Of a stretch of 64,000 nucleotides of DNA, positions 27,916 to 37,445 are shown in pieces (within the stretch, counting starts at the first letter, position 1; each line of letters begins with the position of its first letter). The stretch is taken from assembly GCA_964582465.1 (NCBI GenBank), contig CAZOQX010000002.1:7379-71378 (forward strand). Direction: 5' to 3'. The translations under genes and the position numbers were made by a program. The notes under the pieces are model-generated. The model had not been told where the DNA came from, searched no databases, and worked only from the letters and a program-made list of their open reading frames with translations. The stretch comes from an uncultured Candidatus Saccharibacteria bacterium. Its GTDB lineage: Bacteria; Patescibacteriota; Saccharimonadia; UBA4664; CAZOQX01.

Positions 27916-28605
27916 GTGACCGAGCAATTATTTGGCTCAAAGACGCGCGTAAAGCTGCTGAGTTTATTCCTGAATAACCCGGGCAGGCCGTTTTATGTGC
28001 GTGAAATTACTCGCAAAATCGATGAGCAAATTAACTCTGTGCGCCGTGAACTCGCGAACCTTTTGAGCGTCGGTGTTATTAAATCGGATACTGAAAAAAA
28101 CCGGCTCTACTACGAAGTAAACCAAAAGTTCAGATATTACAATGAGCTTCACAGCATTTTCGGCAGCATCACTTCTACGCCCGCGATTGAAGAAACCAGA
28201 GAAGAGGATCACATTCTAAAGCAGTTGCGTTCGACCGGCACGATTAATCTGGCCTTTCTTTGTGGTGATTTCGTGCGCGATAACCACATTGGTATCGACC
28301 TGTTCGTGGTGGGGGACATTAATCGCACTCGTATCATCAAAGCCATCGCTCAGCTGGAAAATGAGCTGAAGCGAGAGCTTAATTACACCATTATGTCGTT
28401 GGCCGACTACAATTACCGTCTTAACCTGAGCGATCGATTCCTGGCTAATTTGCTGGATGCTAAAAAAATCGTTTTGATTGACACTATGGGCGTTACAGAT
28501 GGAGCTCAGGTGCTTAGCCCCGAGCCGGCTAAACCGGTGGAGCCCCCGGCAGAGACCGAAATTAAAGAAGAGCCGGTGAGTGTACCGGTGGAGGCGAAGA
28601 AGTAA
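27916..28605 (+). CDS. winged-helix protein with degenerate nucleotidyltransferase-like C-domain
   Basis: LFGSKTRVKLL..YVREITR..NSVRREL; GDF..IDLFVVGD..RELNY; SD GGGAGG, GTG start. Confidence 0.75.
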   Translation: MTEQLFGSKTRVKLLSLFLNNPGRPFYVREITRKIDEQINSVRRELANLLSVGVIKSDTEKNRLYYEVNQKFRYYNELHSIFGSITSTPAIEETREEDHILKQLRSTGTINLAFLCGDFVRDNHIGIDLFVVGDINRTRIIKAIAQLENELKRELNYTIMSLADYNYRLNLSDRFLANLLDAKKIVLIDTMGVTDGAQVLSPEPAKPVEPPAETEIKEEPVSVPVEAKK

Positions 28606-29189
28606 TGGAGATCGTCTACACGGGCGGCAATGGTCTGAAGCTCGGTGGCAAGAATTTGACTATCGCGATTGAGCCTTCCCAGCCGACCAAGTCTGATGTC
28701 ACATTGCACTATTCGCCGCAGTCTAGTGGGAGCGGCCTAGTAATCGACGGGCCCGGTGAGTATGAGGTGAAAGGTGCCAATATTGTTGGTTTAGCCGCCA
28801 AGCCATACAAGGGTGAGGAGCCGGTCGCGATCTACCTGATCCACCTTGATGACGTCAGTGTGGCGGCCATCGGCAATGTTGCACCCAAGCTAGATGAGGA
28901 GCAGTTGGATCGTTTGGGGCCGGTTGATGTGTTGGTTTTGCCGGTCGGCGGCACCGAGCAGACGCTCAGTCCGGCTCAGGCGGCCGAGATGGTGAGCCAA
29001 GTTGAGCCCAGATATGTCGTGCCCGTATATTTTGATGATGGCAAGACCAAGTACGACAAAACGCCCGAGAAAATCGATGCTTTCCTCAAAGAAATGGGCG
29101 CGACCAGTCAGCCGCAGCCCAAGCTCAAATTTGTCCAAAAAGATTTGCCGGTCGAAATGACGGTTGCAGTATTAGAAGCCAGTAACTAA
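28605..29189 (+). CDS. metallo-beta-lactamase-fold protein (degenerate metal motif)
   Basis: IDGPGEYEVKG, VDVLVLPVGG, EPRYVVP. Confidence 0.8.
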   Translation: MEIVYTGGNGLKLGGKNLTIAIEPSQPTKSDVTLHYSPQSSGSGLVIDGPGEYEVKGANIVGLAAKPYKGEEPVAIYLIHLDDVSVAAIGNVAPKLDEEQLDRLGPVDVLVLPVGGTEQTLSPAQAAEMVSQVEPRYVVPVYFDDGKTKYDKTPEKIDAFLKEMGATSQPQPKLKFVQKDLPVEMTVAVLEASN

Positions 29190-29190
29190 A

Positions 29191-29397
29191 TTATTCTTTG
29201 GCGGAAGCCGCTACCTGGCGCTTTGCCATGGTACGGAGACATTGAGAGCAGATTTTTACCTGGAGACTAGTGCCATCAACCTGGATGGTTTTGGCATGCA
29301 GATTAGGACGAAAAACCTTATTGGTCTTGCGCTGCGAAAAGCTGACGTTATGTCCGAATTGTTTACCTTTGCCACAAACGTAGCAGACGTAGGCCAT
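29191..29397 (-). CDS. rpmB: 50S ribosomal protein bL28
   Basis: CYVCGKG..GHNVSFS.RKTNKVFRPNL..CSQCL. Confidence 0.95.
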   Translation of the reverse strand: MAYVCYVCGKGKQFGHNVSFSQRKTNKVFRPNLHAKTIQVDGTSLQVKICSQCLRTMAKRQVAASAKE

Positions 29398-29476
29398 GGC
29401 CTTGTCTCATAATTAATGCTGGGTCAATTTTACAGGTGTGGTTCGGATTCGTCAATTAGCCGGTATAATGAATCCC

Positions 29477-30097
29477 ATGAACTTAATTGCTTTAATCGTA
29501 GCTTTCCTGCTTGCCCTGACTTTGCACGAGTTTGCTCACGCTTGGGTGAGTAACTATCTGGGCGATGATACCGCCAGATTGCAGGGCCGTTTGAGCTTAA
29601 ATCCGCTGGCGCACATTGACCCCGTGATGACGCTAGCCCTGCCGGTGCTTCTGATCCTGGTGCATTCGCCGGTAGTATTCGGCGCCGCCCGGCCGGTGCC
29701 TTTTAACCCTTGGGCGGTCCGTTATGGCAAATGGGGAGCAGCATTGGTAGCTTTGGCTGGCCCAGCTATGAACTTTTTGCTGGCAGTCTTATTTGCGCTT
29801 TGGCTGCGGTTTGTGCCGTTGTCGCAAGGCGCTATCAGCTTCTTCATCACCATTATCTCGGTTAACGTCGCTCTGGGTGTCTTTAACTTGATTCCGATTC
29901 CGCCACTCGATGGCTCCCGGGTACTTTACGCCGCCGCTCCACCCGGCTTACGCGAGGTAATGGACCGGATTGAGCGGGCCGGCTTTGTGGCGATCTTGGT
30001 CCTATTCTTAATTGCTGGGCCTTATTTGGGCCAATTTATCGCCGTGATCGTTCGCGCCGTTCTAAGCTTGCTCATACCTGGGCTCACGGGCTTTTAA
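29477..30097 (+). CDS. site-2 protease (M50) family
   Basis: HEFAH, AGP, FNLIPIPPLDG; ATG 7 nt after TATAAT. Confidence 0.92.
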   Translation: MNLIALIVAFLLALTLHEFAHAWVSNYLGDDTARLQGRLSLNPLAHIDPVMTLALPVLLILVHSPVVFGAARPVPFNPWAVRYGKWGAALVALAGPAMNFLLAVLFALWLRFVPLSQGAISFFITIISVNVALGVFNLIPIPPLDGSRVLYAAAPPGLREVMDRIERAGFVAILVLFLIAGPYLGQFIAVIVRAVLSLLIPGLTGF

Positions 30098-30122
30098 CCA
30101 TCTGCCGCCGCGGTTATAATGA

Positions 30123-30282
30123 AAGAGCCTCTGTGGCATAGGCTTGAAGCGGTAATTTTTCCTGGTTACTCAAAGCTATAGGGAATCTTAGATCAAGCGA
30201 ACCCGTGGGTTGGCTTTGCGGATACCCACCTGTCTCAAGACAGGAAAAGAGCTCGCTTCTAACCGTGAACCGGAGGCTTTTT
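30123..30282 (+). ncRNA. ssrS: probable 6S RNA
   Basis: TATAAT at 30115-30120; ends pair (AGAGCCTCTG/CGGAGGCTTT); internal GAAGCG/CGCTTC and TTTTCCTG/CAGGAAAA stems; GATACCCACCTG motif. Confidence 0.75.
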
Positions 30283-30329
30283 GATTACCTAAATTGCAAA
30301 CCGTCGTTCGGTTTGCCAAACTTAGATTA

Positions 30330-30405
30330 CGGGGTGTGGCGCAGTTGGTAGCGCGTACGGCTGGGGGCCGTGAGGTCGCAGGTTCGAGCCCTGTCACCCC
30401 GACCA
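30330..30405 (+). tRNA. tRNA-Pro(GGG)
   Basis: CGGGGTG..CTGGGGG loop..GGTTCGA..CCA. Confidence 0.95.
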
Positions 30406-30412
30406 AAAAGCT

Positions 30413-30814
30413 ATGATTAAAAACTCTCAAAAACTCTGCGAATTTTGTGATCGGTCTCTGCTTGAAAGAGGCCAATTAATCGTCGAAAAAAACCTTGTTT
30501 ATGCGATCTGGGACAAGTATCCCGCCAGTCCGGGCCACGCGTTAATCATTCCAACTGCCCATGTAGTCTCTTTTTTCGACTTGTCAGACCCTCAAGCGCA
30601 GGCTCTCTATCAGCTTGCAAGAGAGATTAGAGATGTAATCAAGGCGAAATTCAAACCTAATGGGTTTAATATTGGCGTGAACGATGGCGTTGCCGCGGGC
30701 CGAATGGTTCATCACCTGCATGTCCACATGATCCCTCGCTATAAAGGTGACGTTAAAGATCCGAGCCAGGGAATTAAAAAAGGACTAATTATGCAATTCG
30801 AGAGCAAGGAATAG
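30413..30814 (+). CDS. HIT family hydrolase
   Basis: CEFC, PASPGHALIIP, HLHVHMIPR. Confidence 0.92.
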   Translation: MIKNSQKLCEFCDRSLLERGQLIVEKNLVYAIWDKYPASPGHALIIPTAHVVSFFDLSDPQAQALYQLAREIRDVIKAKFKPNGFNIGVNDGVAAGRMVHHLHVHMIPRYKGDVKDPSQGIKKGLIMQFESKE

Positions 30815-30815
30815 T

Positions 30816-31235
30816 ATGCACTTCGACGAAGTAGTGGTTTATACGGATGGGGGAGCGCGGGGTAACCCGGGCCCGGCAGCTTCTGGCGTGGTGATAATGA
30901 CCCCCGACGAGCAGATTATTGATGCCTTTGGGGTCTATCTCGGGGAAACCACCAATAATCAGGCCGAATATCGGGCAATTAAATTTGGTTTAGAGAAGGC
31001 CAGGAGCCTCGGCGCGACCAAAATTCGCTTTTATATGGATAGTGAGCTTGCGATGCGGCAGCTTACCGGCCGCTACCGGGTTAAAAACCAGGATCTATTG
31101 CCGATCTTTCAGGAAATTAAGATGATGGCCGCGGCCTTGGATGTAACTTATGAGCATATTCCGCGGGCTAAAAACAAGCTGGCAGACGAGCAAGTGAATA
31201 TTGCGATTGATCGCGCTCTCGGATTGCAAAAGTAG
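30816..31235 (+). CDS. rnhA: ribonuclease HI family protein
   Basis: YTDGGARGNPG, TNNQAEY, DSEL, N..AD. Confidence 0.9.
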   Translation: MHFDEVVVYTDGGARGNPGPAASGVVIMTPDEQIIDAFGVYLGETTNNQAEYRAIKFGLEKARSLGATKIRFYMDSELAMRQLTGRYRVKNQDLLPIFQEIKMMAAALDVTYEHIPRAKNKLADEQVNIAIDRALGLQK

Positions 31236-31259
31236 TGCGCAAGCGTTAGAATTGCAGTC

Positions 31260-31671
31260 GGTCCAGATTATTGGATAGCTGCTCGTGTCGAAAGGCGCGA
31301 GAGGAAAGTCCGGACAGCTTAGAGCGTGGTGGTTGCTAACGGCAACCGGGAGTAAATCCCGCGTCGTTTCTCTCGAGAAAACGGTGCCGGGAAGAAGCCT
31401 AGGGAAAGTGCCACAGAAACAATACCGCCTTCGTTTTCGAAGGTAAGGGTGAAAAGATAAGAGGTAAGAGCTCTTAAGTCCTTGTCGGTGACGGCAAGGA
31501 GCGGTAAACCCCACCTGCTGCAAGGAGTCGGCTACCCGAAAGGGCTGGTGCTCGCCAGGCCGGCGTTTGAACCCGCACGACCCTACTGGCAACGGTAGGG
31601 CAAGATAGATAGCTATCCATTTCGCCGTAAAAAGCGGAGGGACAGAATCCGGCTTACAGATAATCTGGACC
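31260..31671 (+). ncRNA. rnpB: RNase P RNA
   Basis: GAGGAAAGTCC, GAAAGTGCCACAGAAA, GGTAAACCCC, ACAGAATCCGGCTTA; P1 GTCCAGATTA/TAATCTGGAC. Confidence 0.97.
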
Positions 31672-31680
31672 ATCAAAGAT

Positions 31681-31703
31681 CCCGCCTTTTCGGCGGGGTT
31701 TTT
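31681..31703 (+). terminator. rnpB terminator
   Basis: CCCGCC-TTTTC-GGCGGG followed by T run. Confidence 0.8.
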
Positions 31704-31738
31704 GATTTGCTAACCTTAAGCTATACTTGTAACTGCCA

Positions 31739-33196
31739 ATGCGTACGCGTTTCGAGCTATTCTTTAACCTGATTTTAATCCCAGTTGACTTCCTAGCCAC
31801 CATGGCCGCCTTTGTAGTGGCCTATATTATTCGCGTCAAAATCTCCGGTCGCCCCGTGGCGCACCCCCTAAGCGCCATACTTTATCTGAAGATTTTTTTA
31901 TTGATCCTGCCGGTCTGGATCTTAATTTTCGCATTGGCCGGATTATACAACATGTCGGGGCTCAAAGGACGCTGGGAGGAGATCGGAAAAGTGTTCGTGG
32001 CCGTTTCTGGTGGTACGATGTTCGTGATTTTGGTGGACTTCTTGAGCCGGCAACCCATCTTTCCCTCAAAGGCGGTGCCAATTTATGGTTATGCGCTGAG
32101 CTTTATCTTCGTGCTCCTGGCGCGTTGGATCTTGAAGAAACTAAGACATTACCTCTATCACTTTAAGATCGGAACCAAGAAGGCTCTAATCATTGGAAGC
32201 GGCGAGATTGCGCAGCAAATCAAAGATTATCTTTTTAACACAGCAGTCTCGGGGTATCAGCTAGTCGGTGTGGTCGATAATTCTCGGGGGAGCAAGCGTC
32301 GGATGGCGCCTTTGCCGCATTATCGCACTTTTGTGCAGGCCATTGCTAAGCACGGCCGGGCGATCGATGAAATTATCCAGGCCGATTCTGCTCTGGAGCC
32401 GGACGAGATCTTGGAAATGGTGAATTACTCCCAAAATAACCATTTGGTTTACCGATTCGTACCTAATCAGTTTGGGTTGTTCGCCACTAATTCGACTGTG
32501 GGCACCATGGGTAGCATCCCCATGGTTGAATTCAAAAAAACGCCCCTCGACGGATGGGGAAGAGTGTTCAAGCGTGCCTTCGATCTATTAATTGATATTC
32601 CGGCTTTGGTTGTAGCACTACCGATTTTTGTGATTATTGGACTGGGCATTAAATTGACCGATCCGGGTCCGGTTTTCTATAAGCATAAACGACTCAGCCG
32701 GGTGGGTAAGCCGATGTACGTTTATAAGTTTCGGACGATGTACCTCAAATATTGCACTGGCGAAGCCTATGGCGGTAAGACTGATGCCGAGATTTTTACA
32801 ACGGACCTGAAACAGCCGGAGCTGGTGAGGGAGTTCGAGAAAGAGCAAAAACTAGCCGACGACCCGAGAGTAACACCATTTGGGCGCTTTTTGCGCCGGA
32901 CGAGCCTGGATGAACTACCCCAGCTAGTTAATGTTCTGCGGGGTGATCTCAGTCTGGTGGGCCCGCGCCCAATCGTGGAAGCAGAATTAAAGCATTACGG
33001 TGAAGATCAGGCCACCTTCTTGGCGCTAAAGCCAGGCGTAACGGGTTTGTGGCAAATATCCGGCCGCAGCGATTTAAGCTATAGTGAGCGGGTGAAATTA
33101 GATATTTATTATGTTGAGCGCTGGAGCATTTGGCTCGATATTAGGATTCTACTCAAATCAGCGGCGGTAATTTTAAGGCGCAAAGGAGCCTATTAG
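31739..33196 (+). CDS. WcaJ/WbaP-type polyprenyl-phosphate glycosylphosphotransferase
   Basis: TM + CoA-binding-like region + KFRTM, DPRVT, SLDELPQ, PGVTGLWQ. Confidence 0.93.
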   Translation: MRTRFELFFNLILIPVDFLATMAAFVVAYIIRVKISGRPVAHPLSAILYLKIFLLILPVWILIFALAGLYNMSGLKGRWEEIGKVFVAVSGGTMFVILVDFLSRQPIFPSKAVPIYGYALSFIFVLLARWILKKLRHYLYHFKIGTKKALIIGSGEIAQQIKDYLFNTAVSGYQLVGVVDNSRGSKRRMAPLPHYRTFVQAIAKHGRAIDEIIQADSALEPDEILEMVNYSQNNHLVYRFVPNQFGLFATNSTVGTMGSIPMVEFKKTPLDGWGRVFKRAFDLLIDIPALVVALPIFVIIGLGIKLTDPGPVFYKHKRLSRVGKPMYVYKFRTMYLKYCTGEAYGGKTDAEIFTTDLKQPELVREFEKEQKLADDPRVTPFGRFLRRTSLDELPQLVNVLRGDLSLVGPRPIVEAELKHYGEDQATFLALKPGVTGLWQISGRSDLSYSERVKLDIYYVERWSIWLDIRILLKSAAVILRRKGAY

Positions 33197-34311
33197 TGGC
33201 CGAGGCGCTGCGAGTTGCCCTGGTTCACGATTGGCTGACGAATCAAGGTGGTGGCGAGCGCGTGCTTTGGGCGCTGCACCGGGCTTTCCCGGAAGCGCCG
33301 ATTTATACCTCGGTTTTTAAGCCCTCAGCCTTGCCGCAGTTTGCCAAACTTGACGTTAGAACCTCATTTTTACAGGGCTGGCCGCTTGCTAAAACCAAGC
33401 ACCAGCTCTATCCAGTACTTAGAACCTGGGCGTTTGAAAGCTTTGATTTTAGTGATTATGATGTTGTGATTTCTTCAAGCTCAGCCGAATCGAAGGGAGT
33501 AGTGACGCCTGCTGCCACCATGCAAATTGCCTACATTCATACGCCGGTGCGCTATTACTGGAGTGATTACCAAAGTTATATGCGCTCGCCAGGCTTTGGG
33601 CTGCTTAACGGCCTCGTTCGTTTAGTCGCACCTCGCCTGATTCGTAAAATGCGCGAGTGGGACTTTGCAGCGGCGCAGCGGCCCGATTACTTAATTGCTA
33701 ATTCTAAAGTGGTACAGCGGCGAATCGAAAAATATTATCGCCGGCCTTCCGAGGTAATACACCCACCGATCGATGCCAGTCGGTTTCGGGTCGGTACTGG
33801 CCAGCGTGATTATTTTTTGGTTTTGTCTCGGCTGATACCGTATAAGCGGGCAGATTTGGCGGTAGTAGCGACTAAGGAGCTCGATTTGCCCCTGGTTGTG
33901 GCCGGTTCGGGCGGCGAGCTGGGGCGCTTGAAGAGTTTAGCCGGCCCCAAGACTAAGTTCATACATGGCCCCACAGATGAGGAAGTGTCGGAATTAATGG
34001 CTGGCGCCAAGGCGTTAATTTTTGCAGCTGAGGAAGATTTTGGCCTGGTCCCCCTCGAAGCAATGGCAGCTGGGACACCAGTCATTGCCTATGGCCGTGG
34101 CGGGGCGCTCGAGACAGTTATTCCAGGTAAAACAGGTTTGTTTTTCTCAGAGCAAACGGTGGTGAGCTTGCTTTCAGCTCTACGAAAATTTGATTCTTCA
34201 AAGTACGATCCAGCCATGCTTAGATCTCATGCTGAAAAGTTTGACGAAGCCGTCTTTATTCGCCAGATGCAGCAGTTTGTAACTGATAAAAACCGAGAGT
34301 TTACTTCTTAG
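33196..34311 (+). CDS. glycosyltransferase family 4
   Basis: HDWLTNQGGGE, EDFGLVPLEAMAAG. Confidence 0.92.
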   Translation: MAEALRVALVHDWLTNQGGGERVLWALHRAFPEAPIYTSVFKPSALPQFAKLDVRTSFLQGWPLAKTKHQLYPVLRTWAFESFDFSDYDVVISSSSAESKGVVTPAATMQIAYIHTPVRYYWSDYQSYMRSPGFGLLNGLVRLVAPRLIRKMREWDFAAAQRPDYLIANSKVVQRRIEKYYRRPSEVIHPPIDASRFRVGTGQRDYFLVLSRLIPYKRADLAVVATKELDLPLVVAGSGGELGRLKSLAGPKTKFIHGPTDEEVSELMAGAKALIFAAEEDFGLVPLEAMAAGTPVIAYGRGGALETVIPGKTGLFFSEQTVVSLLSALRKFDSSKYDPAMLRSHAEKFDEAVFIRQMQQFVTDKNREFTS

Positions 34312-34645
34312 CTTGTTCAACCACGGCCTTGAAGGCATCGGGATGATTAGAGGCGAGCTCGCTTAAAATTTTGCGATCAAGTTCAATGCCGGCCTTTTTG
34401 GTGCGCCCCATGAATTCACTGTAAGATAGGCCAAAAGCTTCGAGTCCAGCGTTAATGCGAGCGATCCAGAGCGAGCGGAAGTCGCGCTTCCGGCCACGCC
34501 GGTCGCGGTAACTATAGCTCAGTGATTTTAGGACGGCTTCGCGGGCGCGCCTAACACTGCGACGACGGCTTAGACCCATGCCCCTTACCTGCTCGCGCAG
34601 TTTTTTATGTCGCTGGTGTGAGGTGACTCCTCGTTTGACTCTCAT
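34301..34645 (-). CDS. rplT: 50S ribosomal protein bL20
   Basis: MRVKRG..YRDRR..KRDFRSLWIARINA..LDRKILSELA. Confidence 0.97.
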   Translation of the reverse strand: MRVKRGVTSHQRHKKLREQVRGMGLSRRRSVRRAREAVLKSLSYSYRDRRGRKRDFRSLWIARINAGLEAFGLSYSEFMGRTKKAGIELDRKILSELASNHPDAFKAVVEQAKK

Positions 34646-34839
34646 TACTTCCCCAGTAGCTTCTTAATGTTGGCCATGTCGCCGGCGGAAAATTCAAATT
34701 CTTTGACATAATTGCGTTTACGGGAGGCCTGTTTGCCAGCCAGCAGGTGACTACGAAAAGCGTGCCGGTGCATTAATTTACCAGCGCCGGTCAGCTTTAT
34801 CCGCTTGGCGGTTCCTTGATGAGTTTTTAGTTTAGGCAT
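34645..34839 (-). CDS. rpmI: 50S ribosomal protein bL35
   Basis: MPKLKTH..KRIKLTG.GK; between infC and rplT. Confidence 0.96.
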   Translation of the reverse strand: MPKLKTHQGTAKRIKLTGAGKLMHRHAFRSHLLAGKQASRKRNYVKEFEFSAGDMANIKKLLGK

Positions 34840-35344
34840 TCTTTTTGGCTCCCATCACCATATTTAGTTCTCGCCCAGTGAGCTGAATGGCTTGCTCGAT
34901 TTCGCCGTGCTCGGCGAGGCCCGTGGCAAACTTCTGGATAACGTTCTGCCCGAGCTCGCGGTGGGTAATCTCCCGCCCCCGCAGTAGCAAGCTAATTTTT
35001 ACCTTTGATCCTTCTTGGAGGAAGCGCTCGGCTTGCTTATGCTTCACATCTATATCATGCTCACCAATTTTGAGGCTAAGGCGAACTTGTTTGACTTCAA
35101 TGCTGCGCTGTTTCTTCCGGCTCTTTTGCTGTTGTTTGGTCTGTTCGTAACTGTATTTGCCCCAGTCCAGAATTTTGGCAACTGGAGGATTGGCTTGGGG
35201 GGCGATTTCGGCTAGATCCAGACCTTTGGCCTCAGCGCGGGCCAGTGCTTCCGTTAAAGCGACGACGCCAAGCTGCTCACCACCAACATCGATTAATCTC
35301 ACCTGAGGTGCGCGGATTTCCTGATTGAGTCGAACTCTTTTGAT
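34832..35344 (-). CDS. infC: translation initiation factor IF-3 (ATC start)
   Basis: RLNQEIRAPQVRLID..PPVAKILDWGK..KVK..RGRE; SD AAGGAG 6 nt before ATC; in-frame TAG just upstream. Confidence 0.95.
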   Translation of the reverse strand: MKRVRLNQEIRAPQVRLIDVGGEQLGVVALTEALARAEAKGLDLAEIAPQANPPVAKILDWGKYSYEQTKQQQKSRKKQRSIEVKQVRLSLKIGEHDIDVKHKQAERFLQEGSKVKISLLLRGREITHRELGQNVIQKFATGLAEHGEIEQAIQLTGRELNMVMGAKKNA

Positions 35345-35418
35345 TAACTACTCCTTAGCTTCTCTGGTTGCCTAGTCTATCAGAAAACCGCTTGCCGGGC
35401 AATAGCCAGGAAGGCTGA

Positions 35419-36252
35419 TTATTGTACGCGGGCTGTCACGAAGCGTACCTTGCGCCCAGTTAGGCGAATGGCAATGGGGGTTTGGGCACCAAGCTTGCCG
35501 TCAATGGTAATCTCGGTAGCGGGCTTGGTCTCGATAACGGCGCGGTTGGCCGTAAAGCGGCTGCTAGTGAGTTCTTCCGTATTGCCCGTCAATTTTTGCC
35601 AGGCTAGACTGACTAAGCGTGGTGTTGGTTGACTACCCCAACTGATCACTAGCTTATCGCGCAGCAGTGGGTTTAAAAATTTCTGATTAGTGATGGTGAG
35701 AGTGGTCATTTCCGCAAATATTTCAATTGCGTCATCTAAGGTGATGTGACAGGAGAGCGGGAGAGTATCTTTAGCCTGCCTGAGTTGCTGGCGCAAACCC
35801 AAGATAGCCTGGAGCTTGCTCGCAGATGTGTCCTCCTGCTCGGTTTCACGCCCGATGGTGAGGGTAGAGAGAAAGGCGTGCTGTCCGGCCGCGATCAAAC
35901 TGTAGCTAACCAGCCGACGACTAGCCAGGGCGGCACAGGCCTGCTGCCAATCGGTGATGCCCAGTTGCTCAGCTAGACGATTACGCTCGCCCAGCGGTAT
36001 AACGCCGATTGCCACATCGGCCGTGCGGGCGCCATTTATGACCTCATTTACCGTGTCGTCTCCCCCGACAGCTACAATTGTCGTGGCACCGGCGACTACG
36101 GCTTGTTTCGCGAGTTTGGTGGCATCACCCAGTCCGGTGGTTTTGACGAATTGGCCGGAGATGCCAAGTTCGTCTAAGCGCTGCTTGAGTTTATCTTGCA
36201 GGCCAGCCAGCTTGGCGCCGCCTGCGACCGGATTCAAAATATAGTAGTACAT
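35419..36252 (-). CDS. diacylglycerol kinase family protein
   Basis: ILNPVAG, VGGDDTVNEV, IPLG, IDG. Confidence 0.85.
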   Translation of the reverse strand: MYYYILNPVAGGAKLAGLQDKLKQRLDELGISGQFVKTTGLGDATKLAKQAVVAGATTIVAVGGDDTVNEVINGARTADVAIGVIPLGERNRLAEQLGITDWQQACAALASRRLVSYSLIAAGQHAFLSTLTIGRETEQEDTSASKLQAILGLRQQLRQAKDTLPLSCHITLDDAIEIFAEMTTLTITNQKFLNPLLRDKLVISWGSQPTPRLVSLAWQKLTGNTEELTSSRFTANRAVIETKPATEITIDGKLGAQTPIAIRLTGRKVRFVTARVQ

Positions 36253-36629
36253 CAGTCGGTTTTATTATCTGTTATAGCTGTTTCCGCGGCTGTCATCTTA
36301 GTTTGTCCAGAAAAAATCGCTCCAGCCGATATGGCTAAACTCGAAGTAACAATGTTGCCCTGGACCCGTCCAGTTTCCAAGATTGAGGTTTGCTCCTTCG
36401 CGTTGATGTCGCCCACCAAGTGGCCTCCGACAGTGATGTTTCTCGCCTGAACATTAGCCTTCACCTTGGCGTTGTAACCAATCGTAACGTCGCCGGTGGT
36501 TTTGATGTCGCCCTCAAGCGTGCCGTCTACCACGACATCGCTCTCGCTTACTAGATCTCCCTTAACCTTCACGCCTGGTCCAATGATGGTATCGGCTTGG
36601 ATGCCGAGGGCGTCGTGACTGCGGTTCAT
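36252..36629 (-). CDS. bactofilin (polymer-forming cytoskeletal protein)
   Basis: TIIGPGVKVKGDL..VDGTLEG..GRVQGNI..GAIFSG beta-helix repeats. Confidence 0.9.
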   Translation of the reverse strand: MNRSHDALGIQADTIIGPGVKVKGDLVSESDVVVDGTLEGDIKTTGDVTIGYNAKVKANVQARNITVGGHLVGDINAKEQTSILETGRVQGNIVTSSLAISAGAIFSGQTKMTAAETAITDNKTD

Positions 36630-37111
36630 TTTGCCTCCTTTAATGTGGCCGTGCGGGCCTTCGCCTGCTTTAAGGCCAGCTTTTCTTCCGTTGAAAGGGT
36701 GTATTTGCTCTTGCCGTAGTCTACTGGCTTCACGTAGACTCTGGTACCTTGTCGGCCGTGGATACTAGTTAGGACGTAGCCCGAGTCTTGTCCGTCCAAA
36801 ACGGCGATGGCAAAGCTCTGATCGCCGCCGGTGTCGCCAAACGGGTTAAACCGCACGATCGAAACCTTTTGCGAGGCCAAGGCCAAATTAGCCTCGATAG
36901 CTTGGCGTCTAGTGTCGAGTTCGTTTAAGACTTTGGCGTTGCCTTTAAGCTCGATTTGAATATGTTTCAAAATCTGTTCTAGGTCGCTTGATTCTTCCCC
37001 GAAAAGCTGCTTTAAGCGATTCCTGATTTGATTAATTTGCCAGAGGGCCAAGGCAATTAAGACCGTAAGAACGGCCAAACCGATCGTACTCCAACTCGCC
37101 GGTAGTGTCAT
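36626..37111 (-). CDS. DUF4446 family protein
   Basis: TM + coiled coil + VRFNPFGDTGGDQSFAIAVLD..LSTEE. Confidence 0.85.
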   Translation of the reverse strand: MTLPASWSTIGLAVLTVLIALALWQINQIRNRLKQLFGEESSDLEQILKHIQIELKGNAKVLNELDTRRQAIEANLALASQKVSIVRFNPFGDTGGDQSFAIAVLDGQDSGYVLTSIHGRQGTRVYVKPVDYGKSKYTLSTEEKLALKQAKARTATLKEAK

Positions 37112-37160
37112 CTTAACCAGTATAGCAAATGCTACTCTGGTAGCGTGATAGAATACCTCT

Positions 37161-37445
37161 ATGGCAAAAACTCGCAATAAAAAGAAGCACAAGGGGCAGC
37201 ACAAACGGCGTGATCACAACCGTCCGGTTGCTGCGCCTAGCTCAGTTTCTCCGCCGGTGGCGGCAGCCGTGGCAGAGCCGCCCAGAGAAGTGCAGACACC
37301 CGAACCGGCCACAGTATCCACGAGCGATTTTTATTATGTGCGCAGCGAAGTAAGGCGGATTGGGTTGTTAGCGTTATTATTTGTTGGGCTGGAAGTCGGA
37401 TTCTGGATAGTTGCTCACTTAACTTCTCTAGGCTCTAAACTCTAG
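37161..37445 (+). CDS. hypothetical protein, basic N-terminus and C-terminal TM
   Basis: ATG 6 nt after TAGAAT; YVRSEVRRI before TM helix. Confidence 0.7.
   Translation: MAKTRNKKKHKGQHKRRDHNRPVAAPSSVSPPVAAAVAEPPREVQTPEPATVSTSDFYYVRSEVRRIGLLALLFVGLEVGFWIVAHLTSLGSKL

Noticed and set aside
27916-28605. MNT-HEPN toxin-antitoxin system
   Set aside because: The nucleotidyltransferase motif is degenerate and no HEPN partner is adjacent.
30188-30475. ORFs over tRNAs (also 4674-4883, 5637-5831, 18006-18200, 63661-63891)
   Set aside because: They overlap tRNA or 6S genes; spurious translations.
31095-31676. 193-aa minus-strand ORF
   Set aside because: Antisense shadow of RNase P RNA.
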